A DNA stretch of 63,747 nucleotides, counting the filler, from Chiloscyllium plagiosum (lineage: Eukaryota): the NCBI RefSeq assembly GCF_004010195.1. It is 4 parts of one record of this genome, joined end to end, with 100 filler letters (N's around TTAATTAATTAA, not from the genome) between each part and the next. Parts side by side here need not be neighbours in the genome. Positions count along the whole stretch, not along the records: positions 1 to 25,155 come from NC_057710.1; 3 more parts are not named here. One strand, 5' to 3'. Positions 1 to 12,775 of this stretch are shown in pieces. The first letter of the stretch is position 1, and every line of letters starts with the position of its first letter. The notes beneath the pieces were generated by a model that was given only the letters and a program-made list of their open reading frames with translations, had not been told where the DNA came from and made no database searches. The position numbers and the translations under genes were made by a program.

Positions 1-770
1 ACACACACAGACGCACATACAGGTGCACACGCACACACACAGATGCACACACACACTGTCGCACACGTACACACACACAGACGCACAGGCACACATGCAC
101 ACAAACGCACACATACATGCACACACACACAGATTGATGCACACACACATACACACAGACACACACACAAATACACACACAGACGCACATACAGGTGCAC
201 ACGCACACACACACTGTCGCACACGCACACACACACAGACGCATGGCCACACACACACAGACGTGCACACACACACGCGCGCGCATACAGGCATGCACAC
301 AGACATACACACCCATACACACACACGCGCACGCACACACACCGGCACATGCACACAAACACACACCCCGGCACACACACCAGCACACACACAGACACAC
401 GCACACGCATACATACAGACAGACACACACACTCAGACGCGCGCACACACACACAGATGCACACACACATACACACATACACACACATAAATGAGCGCAC
501 ACACACAGACCCATATGCACATACACAGGCGCACACATGCACACACAGACAGACTCACACAGACAGACGCACACACAGAAAGACGAACACACACACATGC
601 GCACACACACAGATGGGCACACACACACATACACACACACAGATACACGCAAAGACAGATGCACACACACAGACACATACACACACAACAGAGGCACACA
701 CACACATACACACACACAGATGCACACAGACGCGCAGACACACACAGACACATACATAGACACACACACA
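1..770. repeat. Degenerate (CA)n microsatellite / low-complexity tract
   Basis: Alternating CA with scattered G/T substitutions; explains all His-Thr and Val-Cys ORFs here. Confidence 0.97.
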
Positions 771-1110
771 GTGCTGAGGAAATGCTGTAGGGTCAGAGGT
801 GCATTGAGACATTAAATTAAGGGATGATTTGCCCACTTTAGGGGATAGACACAGAAGGGGTTCAGGAAACAGGAAGTCGCGAGTTCTGATCAGTGCCCAG
901 GCTCATTTGCACTCCACTGATATCACCAGATAAACAGATTACTTGCCCATTAACTCACTAATATTGGTGGGAATTAGCTGTGCACAACCTACCTAATAGC
1001 TTTCCTCTATTGAAACAATAATTGCACTTAAAAATGCACATAACTGATTATAAATTACTTTGGAGTATCCTGAGACTGCAAAAGATGTTCAATCACTGCA
1101 AGTCTTTCTT
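769..1110 (+). mobile_element. Degenerate DeuSINE (SacSINE1/AmnSINE1-like): Deu domain plus 3' tail
   Basis: gtgctgaggaaatgctgtagggtcagaggtgc...gagacattaaa resembles the Deu core; aaacagattac...tggtgggaattagctgtgcacaa; ends tgcaagtctttctt like the family tail (recalled consensus). Confidence 0.65.
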
Positions 1111-2621
1111 GCTTCAAAAAAAGAGACCTGTCCCAAACAGACACCTACAGTCTGAACGTAGCTTTAGGTGACTTTATATTGTGTGAGCCTGATACTCATG
1201 TGGATGGCAGTAACTCAAATGTAAATATGGATTTGATGGGGCCTGCAGCCTGGGAAACTAGTTACAGGCTGGATAACTGGATTAAGTTGTATAATATTTA
1301 ACCCATATGTGGATTTAGGAGAGTCATGGATGACAAACACACATACAAACGGACATACACATGTATATACACACATCCATAATTTATATGGAAACACATA
1401 CATACACACACACATGTATATAGATAGATAGCCATGGATAAAGAGAGAGGAAATGTGATATTGCTATTGATTAAATGGTTTGAAAATCAACACGCTTTGT
1501 CATATCTATTTCACACAGTTTGGCCTCTTTTCCAAGCTTCCCCTGTGCCATGTCCATTAAAGAACAAATTGAAACTAAGACCTTGTTCGAGGCAGCAACC
1601 TACTGAGCCTCGATTTCACAGTTTTCAAGACTCAATGAAAAATCGCCAGAAACCGGCTCATAGGTCTTGGGATCTCCCTGACAACCACAGGCCAAGCGTA
1701 CTGTAATTCAATTTACACACCAAACTCACAACTCTTCTGTGAGATTTGTCAAGGCCTCCAGTCCTTGGGAACCATTGTCAGCTCGTGAACCTTTGACCAG
1801 CGAGAGAAAATATGCACCGGTGTGAATCAGAAAGAGAGCATTTTAGGACTGTTTTCCTGTTCACTCTATGGTACATTTAACATTCACCCTATATGATCCT
1901 ATCTCCATTCTAACTGAGAATAAAAACATTAAGCATCTGTCACTGCTTGTGTTGAAATCTGACTGCCAGGCCAAAATATTGAGTAAACTGCTCCTTTCAG
2001 CCAGAAGATCTGCTTTTGTGTGGAAATCCAGTGACATAGCCTCAGGCTTACCAGGAGACATAATGTCATGGGAAATATAAGCAGGACTGACCCAGGACAC
2101 CGAGCTTACTTCCCAACACAGATCCACATTAACATGCTTTACTGAGGTTTCAGAAACACAGTCTGTGAAGCATCGATCTTGCAACTTAAATGCTAATGTT
2201 TTTGATCTGTATCGAATTAATTTAAAAACATGGTGGTCCAGTAAAATTAAGTGTTCCAGCATTATAATGAGACCGTGCATTGAAATAACTGTTCTGCACA
2301 GCGGAATGGGTTCATTTAGTTACAATCCATTGCTTTTAACTTGAATTCTTTTTCCACAATTATTCAAATAGTTCAGTCATTGAAGTGAAGCAATTTGAAG
2401 GACACAGAACATGAGAACTTTCTTCTCTTTAACGATTCCTATTCAAACCAGCAGATAATTCAGAACAAAAACCTACATACTGACACAAGTTTCTTCTCAC
2501 TTTTTAATTCGATCTAATTAGAGACTCAGTTAGTAAAACCGTCAATACTGAAACTTTGAAGTAAAGATCATAAAAGCGACGAGTGACTGCCTTTTAAAGG
2601 AGCAAATTAGTTGAAAATTTC

Positions 2622-2690
2622 AAAACTTTTTCACTGTACCTATGTACATGTGACAATAATACATCAAATCAAATCAAATTAAATCAAATC
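2622..2690 (+). mobile_element. 3' tail of Rex1/Babar-type LINE with (CAAAT)n end
   Basis: aaaactttttcactgtacctatgtacatgtgacaataa..caaatcaaatc; same tail is attached to Rex1-like coding fragments at 22800 and 63006. Confidence 0.75.
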
Positions 2691-3459
2691 GACTTATCAG
2701 TTCAGAAATTAGTAGCTGCTGGGCTTAGCAATCAAATGTCAACCGAAACCTGTTTTTCTACCTGGCTGCTACGCAAAGCATAGGCCACAGTTACGATGCC
2801 CTGGCCCCTTGACTAATACCTTTCTCTCATTCACTGTCTGAAGTTCTCTGCACTGGTTTGCCCCAGAGTCTTTCTTTGACATATCTCATTTATTTACATT
2901 TCTCTTCTTAACTTGATTTTCCTTCTTGTTTAACCATAGAGATCCAGAGTAACTCAATAGTCTTAGTCACTGGTGTCTGACTTGTCCAAATCCCTCCAAA
3001 ATCCTCGATGGAATGTCTATTGCCTTTCTGTGAACTGTGTTGCCTCCAGTGTACCAGTTAGGGTCTCATTAGAAATGATAACCATTTTGATTAAATTATT
3101 TTTAATGCTACACATTTTATTCAAAGAGAATTGTTAACTGTATTAGTCAGGCAAGCATCACTGATTGTCAGACATGTCTATCCTTGTGACCTCTTGGCCC
3201 ACAGACCAACTGGGGGGCAAAATATTTCCAAGTTACCAATTCCTAAATGTTTCTCAAGCAGCCATTATTTCACATGCCTTCTATTGCTATTATTAATGAA
3301 TCAACATGTTCAATGAAATTGAAAATAATTTAAATCTCCTTCTCATTTTGCTCTTGGGTTGCACATGGCAGTGATCTAGAATTTGAGCTTTAATTCCAGG
3401 AGAATCCATGTCATTTCTGTCGGGTTGGTTGACCCATGACCACGTGGTTCAAAATTTGT

Positions 3460-3700
3460 GAAGCAGAGTTGGCTGTTCGATAGAAGGCAGAGACTAGGGA
3501 TAAAGGAGTCTTCTTCAGGATGAGAGCCGGTGACCAGTGGAGTTCTGCAAGAGTCTGTGTTGGGACCACAGCTATTCACGTTATACATTAACAGTCTGGA
3601 TAAAGCAACTAAGTGCATTGTTGCTAGGTTTGTAGGTGACAGAAAGATAGGTGGAGGGGCAGGTAGTGTTGAGGAAGTAGAGAGGCTGCATAAAAACCTA
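3460..3700 (+). mobile_element. CR1 LINE RT fragment (host element A, 5' part)
   Basis: Translates VTSGVLQESVLGPQLFTLYINSLD..ARFVGDRKIGG (RT motifs B/C, degenerate FADD). Confidence 0.9.
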
Positions 3701-3701
3701 C

Positions 3702-3978
3702 AACATGGAACATAGGACATAGAGCATAGAACAGTGCAGCACAGTACAGGCCCTTTGGCCCTCGCTGTTGTGCTGGCCTTTTATCCTACTCTATGATCAG
3801 ACTAACCCACATACCCTTCATCATCCATGTGTCTATCCAAGAGTCGCTTAAATGTCGGTAATATATCTGACTCTGTATCACTGCTGGCAGTGCAATCCAC
3901 ACACCCACCATTTTCTGTTTAAAGAACCTACCTCTGACATCTCCCCAAAACCTTCCCCCAATTACCTTAAAATTATGT
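3702..3978 (-). mobile_element. CR1 LINE element B, 3' end with (TTCTATG)n-type tail
   Basis: Reverse complement of CR1 3' UTR: catagaacagtgcagcacagtacaggccc; continues at 5331. Confidence 0.9.
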
Positions 3979-5330
3979 CAGGATGTCCAAGAATGTAGGG
4001 AGGCTGTGAAGAAGGTAGCACTGACAGGGAATACTTGCGGACACAGAGATGGGTTCAAGTGCATATACTTCAACACAAGGAGTACCAGAAATAAGGTGGG
4101 TGAACTTAAGGCGTGGATCGGTACCTGGGACTACGATGTTGTGGCCATCACAGAAACGTGGATAGAAGAGGGACAGGAATGGTTGTTGGAGGTTCCTGGT
4201 TACAGATGTTTCAGTAAGATTAGGGAGGGTGGTAAAAAAGGAGNNNNNNNNNNNNNNNNNNNNNNNNNNNNNNNNNNNNNNNNNNNNNNNNNNNNNNNNN
4301 NNNNNNNNNNNNNNNNNNNNNNNNNNNNNNNNNNNNNNNNNNNNNNNNNNNNNNNNNNNNNNNNNNNNNNNNNNNNNNNNNNNNNNNNNNNNNNNNNNNN
4401 NNNNNNNNNNNNNNNNNNNNNNNNNNNNNNNNNNNNNNNNNNNNNNNNNNNNNNNNNNNNNNNNNNNNNNNNNNNNNNNNNNNNNNNNNNNNNNNNNNNN
4501 NNNNNNNNNNNNNNNNNNNNNNNNNNNNNNNNNNNNNNNNNNNNNNNNNNNNNNNNNNNNNNNNNNNNNNNNNNNNNNNNNNNNNNNNNNNNNNNNNNNN
4601 NNNNNNNNNNNNNNNNNNNNNNNNNNNNNNNNNNNNNNNNNNNNNNNNNNNNNNNNNNNNNNNNNNNNNNNNNNNNNNNNNNNNNNNNNNNNNNNNNNNN
4701 NNNNNNNNNNNNNNNNNNNNNNNNNNNNNNNNNNNNNNNNNNNNNNNNNNNNNNNNNNNNNNNNNNNNNNNNNNNNNNNNNNNNNNNNNNNNNNNNNNNN
4801 NNNNNNNNNNNNNNNNNNNNNNNNNNNNNNNNNNNNNNNNNNNNNNNNNNNNNNNNNNNNNNNNNNNNNNNNNNNNNNNNNNNNNNNNNNNNNNNNNNNN
4901 NNNNNNNNNNNNNNNNNNNNNNNNNNNNNGGAAGTCGTACGAGGGTAGGTTGAGAGTTCTCGGCCTTTTCTCGTTGGAACGGCGAAGGATGAGGGGTGAC
5001 TTGATAGAGCTTTATAAGATGATCAGAGGAATAGGTAGAGTAGACAGTCAGAAACTTTTTCCCCGGGTACAACAGAGTGTTACAAGGGGACATAAAGTTA
5101 AGGTGAAGGGTGGAAGGTATAGGGGAGATGTCAGGGGTGGGTTCTTTACCCAGACAGTGGTGGGGGCATGGAATGCGCTGCCTGTGGGAGTGGCAGAGTC
5201 AGCATCATTGGTGACCTTTAAGCGGCAATTGGATAGGTACATGGATGGGTGATTAAGCTAGGACAAATGTTCGGCACAACATCGTGGGCCGAAGGGCCTG
5301 TTCTGTGCTGTATTGTTCTATGTTCTATGT
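3979..5330 (+). mobile_element. CR1 LINE element C: ORF2 endonuclease start, N gap (4244-4929), ORF2 C-terminus and 3' UTR
   Basis: KCIYFNTRSTRNKVGEL..DVVAITETW (APE domain); LFSLERRRMRGDLIELYK..FFTQTVVGAWNALP; tail tattgttctatgttctatg. Confidence 0.92.
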
Positions 5331-7143
5331 GATAGACAATTCCGCCATGGGAAGAAGTCTCCATCTTTCCACTCTGCCTATGTGTTTCAACATCTTGTAC
5401 CCCTCTATCAAGTCATCTGTCATCCGTCTTCATTCCAATGAGAAAAGCCTTGGCTCCCTCAACCTTTCTTCATAAGACATGCCCTCCAGTCCAGGCAGCA
5501 TTCTGGTAAATCTCCTCTGCATCCTCTCTAAGCTTTCACATCCTTCCTACAATGATGCAACCAGAACTGAACACAATATTCCAAGTGTGGTCTAACAAGG
5601 GCTTTATAGAGCTGCAGCAGAACCTCGTGGCTCTTAAACTCAATCCCCCTGCTAATGAAAGCCAACACACCATATATCTTCTTAACAGCCTTAACAACTT
5701 GGGTGGCAACTTTGAGGGATCTATGGACATGGAACTTCTGTTCCCCCATGCTGCCAGGAATCCTGCCTTTAACCCTATATTCTGCATTCAAATTCACCTG
5801 ACCAAAGTGAACGGCTTCACGCTATTCCAGGTTGAACTCCATCTGCCACTTCTCAGCCCAGTTCTACATCCTGTAAATGTCCTGTTGCAACCTACAACAG
5901 CCCTCCACACTATCCACAGCTCCACCAACCTTTGTGTCATCAGCAAACTTACCAACCCACCCTTCCACTTCCTCATCCAAGTAATTTATAAAAATCACAA
6001 AGAGCAGAGGTCCCAGAACAGTTCCCTGCAGAACAGCCCTGGTCACCAAGCTTCAGACTGAATACTTTCCATCAACCACCACCCTCTGATTCTATGGACC
6101 AGCCAATTCTGTACCCAAACAGACAGGTTTACTTGTATCCCTTGCCTCCTTACTTTCTGAGTGAGCCTACCATGGGGAGCCTTAACAAATGCTCTGCTAA
6201 AATCCATGTACACCACATCCACTGCTCTACCTTCATTAACATGTTAAGTCACATCCTCAAAGAATTCATGACCTGCCTCTCAAAACACCATGCTGACTAT
6301 CCCTAATCAAACTACGCTTTTCCAAGTAATCATAAATTCTGTCTGTCAGGATCATCTTCAATAATTTGCCCATCACCAACATAAGACTGACTGGTCTATA
6401 ATTCATAGGATTATCCCTTTTTGCTTTTTTGAACAAGGGAATAACATTTGCCACTCTCCCATCATCTGGCACTACTCCAGTGGACAGTGAGGATGCAACG
6501 ATCATCACAAAAGGCGCAGCAATCTCTTCCCTTGCATCCTGTAGTAACCTTGGGTATATCCCATCTGCTCAGGAGTTTTATCTATTCTTATGTTTTTTAA
6601 ACTTTTCAGCACATCCTCCTTCCTAACATCAACCTGTTCTAGCATATCAATGTTTCATGCTGTCCTCAGAAACGTCAAGGTCCCTCTCTGTAGTGATTAC
6701 TGAAGTAAAGTATTCATTAAGGACCTCCCCTTCTTCCTCCAACACCAGGCTCAAGTTCCCTCCACGACCCCTGATCGATCCTACCCTCACTCTGGCCATC
6801 CTCTTGTTTCTCACAGGAGTGTGGAATGCCTTAGGGTTTTCCATAATCCAATCCGCTAAAGCTTTTTTGTACCCCCTTCTAGCTATGCTAAGTCCATTCT
6901 TTAGTACCTTCCTGGCTACATTGTAAACCTCTAGAGCCCTGTCTGATCCTTGTCCCTCAACCTTAAGTAAGCTTCCTTCTTCCTCTTGACTAGATGTTCC
7001 ATATCCCTGTCACTCACGGTTATTTCAACCTCCCATGCCTTCCTTGCCTCAGTGGGACAAACCTGTCCTGCACTATCGACAGGTGCTTCCTAAACAACCT
7101 CCACGTTTCTGTCCTGTATTTCCCTGAGAACATTTGTTCCCAG
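5331..7143 (-). mobile_element. CR1 LINE element B, decayed ORF2 body (RT)
   Basis: Minus-strand frames LVRPHLEYCVQFW, QGTVLGPLLFVIFINYLD..KFADDTK, NYRPVSL..SQHG, ENPKAF..VLNEYFTSV. Confidence 0.93.
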
Positions 7144-7159
7144 TTTAGGGAGAGAGAAG

Positions 7160-7880
7160 CTCTTGGACAGGCTAGGAGAGTAGGCAAAGAAGTAACAGAT
7201 GGAATACAAGGTGGAAAGGTGTGAGATTATGCACATTGATAGGAAAAATAAAAACACTGAATATTTTCTAAACAAGGAAAGGCTTGAGAAATTTGAAGTA
7301 CAAAGGGACTTGGGAGTCACAGAGATGTACTGCTGAGGCTGTTTAAGGCTCTGGTCAGACTGTATGTGAGCAGTTTGGAGCCCCATATCTAAGGAGGGAT
7401 GTGCTAGCTTTGGAGGGGTTCCAGAGGAGGTTCACTAGAATGATCCCGAGGATGAAAGGCTTGTCACATGAGGAGCAGTTGAGGACTTTGGATCTGTATG
7501 TAATAGAGATTAGAAGGATGGGGAGGGGATCTGATTGAAACTTACAGAATACTGAGATAGAATGCAGATGGAGAAGATGTTTCCATTCGTGTGAGAGACT
7601 AGCACCCAAGGGCACAGCCTCAGAGTAAAGGACTGAAATAAGGAGGAATTTCTTCAACCAGAGAGTGATGAATCTGTGGAACACATTGCCACATAAACCT
7701 GTGGAGATCAAGTCATTGGGTGCATTTAAGTCAGAGGCAGATAGGTGTTTGGTTAGTAAAGGTATCAAGGTTTACTGGGAAAAGGCAGGAGAATGGGGTT
7801 GAGATATCTGCTATAATTGAATGATGGAGCAGATTCAATAAGCTGAGTTGCCTAATTCTGCTCCTATATCTTATGTTGCT
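7160..7880 (+). mobile_element. CR1 LINE host element A, 3' part to tail
   Basis: Resumes LDRLGE*AKK*QMEY..CEIMH directly after the ERL left at 3690; ends ctcctatatcttatg. Confidence 0.88.
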
Positions 7881-7919
7881 TTGATTATAGCCTTATATGA
7901 CAAAATTGCCACCTCAAAA

Positions 7920-8825
7920 ATCAATTTGGTAAATCTTTGCTGCACTGTCTCTGCACCAACTATATCTTTTATTGGGTAAGGAAACTGCACACAATACTCC
8001 AGCCATGGGCCTGCGAAAGTAGATGTAAGACACCCTTACTTCAAACTCAAATCCTCTTTAATTGAAGGCTAATGTATTTTTCGCCTTCCTAACTGCTTGC
8101 TGCACTTGTCTGCTAGCTTTCATTGACCAGTTCACAAGAATAACCACATCTCTTTGTACACCAATACTTCCCAATTTATTACCTTTTAAATAATGCTATG
8201 CCATTCTGTTGTCCCTACCCAAGTGGTCAACTTTACACTTACTCATATGCTATGTATTTGCCAACGCACTCAATTTGTTTAAATTGTCTTGATGCTATTT
8301 TACATCCTCCTTATCAATCACTCTCTTACCTAGTTTTTTTGTCATTAGCAAATGTGGAAATATTATACTTGATTCTGTCAGCTAAAGTTTCATAATATAT
8401 CGTGAATAACTGAGGCTTAAGCATTGATTCCTATAGTATCCCATTGCCTTCCACTTCAAAAAAACCAAATTATTTCCACTCTTTGTCTCCTGTTTGTTAA
8501 GCAATTCTCAGTCCATACCAGTATATTATTCCCAATTCCACATACTTTAATTTTGTGCAGTAGCCTTTTATATGGAACTTTATCAAAAGCTTTCCGAAAG
8601 TTCAAATACATGATATCCACTGTTTTTTCTTACTTATTCTACTAGTTACATCCTCATAAAGCTGATTTCCCTTTTAGAAATCCATGTTGAATTTCTTTAA
8701 ACTATTGATATTTTCAAAGTGTCCTGTTACCACATATTTTAAAATACACTTCAGCATCTTGCCCACCATTGATATTAGACGCACAAGTCTGTAATTTCTG
8801 ATTTCTCTCCCCCTACATTTTAAAA
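7920..8825 (-). mobile_element. Old degenerate CR1 RT fragment
   Basis: aactgcacacaatactcc (LEYCVQF reversed), tatcaaaagctttccgaaag (FxKAFD reversed), acaagtctgtaatt (NYR reversed). Confidence 0.75.
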
Positions 8826-9005
8826 ATGTGGGTCTTGTTGGTAAAGGCAGTATTTGTTGCCGATTAACTAAGTAGCATGGTTAGTATTTCAGGGACTCAT
8901 TAATAGTCGATTATTTTGCACCAGAGTTTTATGTAGACCAGATCAAGTAAGGACGGTTGATTTCCTTCCCCAAATAACATTAGTGAACAAGGTGGATTTT
9001 ACTAC
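8826..9005 (-). mobile_element. Degenerate 3' half of tRNA-derived SINE family X
   Basis: Reverse-similar to 28180-28345 (gtaaggacggttgatttccttcccc..acattagtgaac). Confidence 0.65.
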
Positions 9006-9012
9006 AAGCAAG

Positions 9013-9110
9013 GAATCCCTACAGTGCAGAAGCAGGCTATTCAGTCTATTGAGTCCACATTGACCCTCTAAACAGCACCCCATCCAGACCCATCCCCAAC
9101 CCTGAACCCA
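9013..9110 (-). mobile_element. HE1-type V-SINE 3' tail fragment
   Basis: ctacagtgcagaagcaggc..gagtccacattgaccctc..cccatccagacccat matches the tail of the copy at 49669. Confidence 0.7.
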
Positions 9111-9399
9111 TCTGACCCCAATGGGATTTTGATAGCTGCCAGGCCAGATCCATGTCTGCTGACCTGACTAGAACTGATCCAACCTTTCAAGAGAGGCTCA
9201 GCCACCTTCAGGACATATGTTTAGGTCCTACTGGGACCACTCCAGCTAGATTCTAATGCAGTAAAATGTTTTGAGACTTTTCAGAGAAATTTCTTTGAGA
9301 AGATTCTGAGTTCATTCCAATGCTCAGAAAATGTGTCCATCACCAACCGTCTCTTAGTATAGCAGAATACCAACAGAATCAGGACCCCCAATTATATTC

Positions 9400-9740
9400 C
9401 TTTGCCTCCACTATCCCATCCATCACTTGCATCCAATCCCACACTAGAACACAGTAGCATCAGTCTGTACTACCTCAAGGTGGTCTGCTGCAACTTACCA
9501 AGGATCCTTCACCAACACCTTCCAAAACTGTGACTTCTACCATCTAGAAGCTGAGAGTACCAGGTCCATGACCTGCAAGTCCCCCTCCAAACTCACACAA
9601 TACCCTGACTGGCATTAATTAGCTGTTACTGGCTTAAAATCATAGAACTCCTTTTCTAACAGTACTATACTCGAGCATCAGTTAGGGATGGGCAATGAAT
9701 GTTGTCCTTTCCAATGATGTTCACAGGTCATGAACAAATA
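9400..9740 (+). mobile_element. 3' end of non-LTR LINE family Y (CR1/L2 group)
   Basis: caacaccttccaaaactgtgacttctaccatctagaag..ttagggatgggcaatgaatg; homologous to 32249-33200 on the opposite strand. Confidence 0.75.
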
Positions 9741-11704
9741 TTAGAAAGACCTAATTAATACTCCAACCTCATGTTAGTTTATAGTAAGTGTCTCAAAGCT
9801 GCTGTTGTCTCCAGAATACAAAGTTGCAGTTACACTTGCCATGCAAGGGTGGAATTGTCATTCCATCTCATGAAGTACAGGGAAATTCTTGGATTAAAAA
9901 AATCACATATTTTCATTGGAAACAGTCATCCACAGTAACAGCATGAGACTTGACACCTTGGGGGTTCTTTGACACAAAGTAAAAGAAATCAATGGTCGGA
10001 GCTATGATTAAGGGACGGACACTTAATTTTACCTGTCACTCTGGGAGAAATAGTAATATTATTGTACATTCATCAGGAGCATTGCGCTCTCGACTTCAGT
10101 TTACCCGTTAATGGATGGCTGATCTCAGCAAATAACGGAGAGCACTGAAATTCACTTCAAACAATGGCCAGCCTTGTAAAGCTGTGCAGTTTTTTTGCAG
10201 AGAGTATTTGATATAACACCAGCAACAGAACTGTTGAAATAAAGGTTATTCTTTAACAGTTATACACTCATTTCATCTACTGGTTCCTTCATTGACAATT
10301 TAAATATCGTCTACACTTTTATCAGCATGTAAAATTCAGCATCAGCTTGGCCCCATATTAAGTAGAAATTACATGTTTGGCCCTATATTAAGTCGAAGTT
10401 ACGCTGTGTATAATGTGAGAAAATCAGGGCTAATTCCTTTGCGAAGAAAATGTCTGAGAATACTTATATTCCTGAAAATGCATGAGCTTCAGCTTTGACC
10501 TCCCCATTGACATCTGAATTAAGACTTGGTCCTTCTTGATGGTCACATGACAAGGTGACTTGTGGTCAGCTATACTACAGTTCTGGTGCCCATCTGTAGC
10601 CAGGGAATCAGATCAATCGAAATCTTTGAAAGCAATGCCCTCCCTGGGATGTCCTGAAAGAGCCTCAATACCCAGCAGGCCAGAGACCTCCGTGTTATCC
10701 CTGCACCAACCACAAGGAGCAGGCAGCGGATTTCTGGGCCAAAGGGGACGTTGCAGGAGTTCATGCCAGGAGTAGCATCAGGCATACCCAATACTGAAGT
10801 GTCATTCTTGTCAAGGTGCAGCTACTTGCATTCCAAACAATGGAAGCAGCATAAACAAAAGGGACAGAACGATCAATTGTTACGTGGTGACCATTCGGCT
10901 TGATAGTTCTTGAATTCAAATTCTACCATATTCAAACCCATGTTTCTTAAACACCTTATCACTACTCCACTGCCTCTACGAAGTGAATGCATACTTTAAC
11001 TATTCCTCCTTTTTATATTACATTTTACAATTCTCTTACAATCTGATGCGATACGGCTGGCCTGTTTGACCTGGCTCTCATATTTAATATTTCCATTTTA
11101 TTTCCCCAGCTTTCTGACTGCCCTTTGTTGATTTCCAAAGCTCTCCCAATAAGCAGCCTTGTTTTCTTTTGTACCCTAGGATGCTCAACCTACAGATGTC
11201 AGAGTAGTGTTGGAGGGCTGAAGAGTTTAGCCCTAGTAGGAGTTCCACTTTAGAAGAAATTTGGCCTCGAGGGACAATTAGATGCTTTAGTAAAGTTTGA
11301 TTCTTGAGTGAAATGAGTAATGGAGTTTGTTTTTCATGAATTTTGGTAGAAATCAAGTCCAAACTAATATTATCAAAGTTAAAGTTACCAAGGGCAGGTG
11401 CCCAGGTGACAGTGCTGGATATCCTCAGCTAGTGACAATGTTTTGGAACTGAGAATTAGATAACCATCCACAGAGGGGGAACGTCTGAATTACTTGAGCT
11501 GGACGCCCATTGGTTCTAGCAGATAGAGTTTCTGTGGAGTTCCTGAAGTTAACTTCAGCAGAATCCATGGAAAAAGGCCATAAAGAAAGTTGCCTATAGA
11601 AATCCACATTTTAGCTGATTGCCTTTTTGTGTTTTGCTACCTCCCGTTGTGATCACTGTTGGCTGAGCAACCTTTCGAACGTGCTTTCAGTGAACTTGAC
11701 CAGC

Positions 11705-12170
11705 TTTGGATCAATGCCTGAGCCTGGCCCATGGATCAGAATCTGAGTCAAGAGGCCTGAGGATCAGAGCCCAAGTCAACAGATCCAGGCATCAAATCTC
11801 CAAGTCCAAAGATTCAAAGCCTAAACAGGCCTGAGCATTAAGGCCTAATCAACAGGTCTGAACATGAGCCTGGGCAAAAAAAAAAGTCAAACTGAGAAAT
11901 GATACAAACTGAACTGTAGACCTGAAATTGGAACTCCAGTTTAGATCAAGATGTTCATTGTCCAGTTTTACTGAATTTCCGTTGTTTTTTTTCCATCTCT
12001 GTTCAACAGGTTGCATGAAGAAAGAGTGCCAAAGCCTGAATCAGCAGTGCAGAAGATTGGAGCTTAAAGCAACGAAAGGCCTGAGCATCAGATTCTGAAT
12101 AAACAGATCCAAAGTTCAGGGCCTGCATCAATAGGCAAGATAGTGAAAGCCAAATCAACAGTCCCAAGGA
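11705..12170. repeat. Degenerate ~28-bp minisatellite in two blocks
   Basis: Units such as ggatcagaatctgagtcaagaggcctga, ggatcagagcccaagtcaacagatccag, gcattaaggcctaatcaacaggtctga, gcatcagattctgaataaacagatcca. Confidence 0.55.
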
Positions 12171-12339
12171 GATGGACTTGAATGAAAGGAATTAGGGATC
12201 TGGACCTGTATTTGATTGATTTAACTCCAAAAGAACTGAAGAAGGAATATAGAATACAAAGAGACAAAAAGAAATGAGCACTTTCTCAGGACATGTTCAA
12301 AAATCTGTTTCTATTTATCACCCCAATATGAATGTTTGG

Positions 12340-12775
12340 TGGAGCTCCAAGGCCTACTAACAGATAAGGTCAAGACAAGCAAATGTATCATGGAAATGAT
12401 GGAGAAAGTAAATAATTACTTCACATTTATCGTCACAGAAGAATACACAGCGAATATCCCAGAAATACAAGGAGATAAAGGGAAATGTGTAACTCAAGAG
12501 AAAAAGGAAATTAATAGTAGTAAAGAGATAGTGCTTGAAAAATCAGCCCTGAATTGAGGGCTGATAAATCTCCTGGACCAGATGTGCTTCATCCCACATT
12601 GTTGAAGGAAGTAGCTATCGAGAAAACAGATGCTTTGGCCGGTATCTTTTGTAATTATGTAGATTCTGGAAAAGTTTCTGCTGACGGGATGATAGCAAAT
12701 TATTTAAAAAGGGAGGCAAAGGGAGAATGGAGAACTACAGGCCTGTCAGTTTGAGGTCAACAGTCGGAAAAATCA
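12340..12775 (+). mobile_element. Old CR1 ORF2 fragment (pre-RT region)
   Basis: NNYFTFIVTEE, DKSPGPDVLHPTLLKEVA, ENYRPVSL. Confidence 0.85.

Noticed and set aside
23..836. His/Thr-rich and Val/Cys-rich ORFs (also at 17851-18377 and 24747-25211)
   Set aside because: Translations of CA/GT microsatellites, which lack stop codons by composition
1861..2280. 139-aa minus-strand ORF with two GTAAGC donor-like sites
   Set aside because: No recognisable domain and no convincing acceptor; compatible with chance
4006..5093. Long ORFs of about 100-315 aa containing X runs (also at 28953-29862 and 50528-51068)
   Set aside because: Length comes from reading through N gaps; real parts are CR1 or Penelope fragments
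10520..10860. GC-richer unique block with short ORFs on both strands
   Set aside because: No homology recognised, and no coherent splice sites bounding an open frame
11705..12170. Possible CRISPR-like repeat-spacer array
   Set aside because: Units are degenerate and adjacent without unique spacers; vertebrate context and no cas genes
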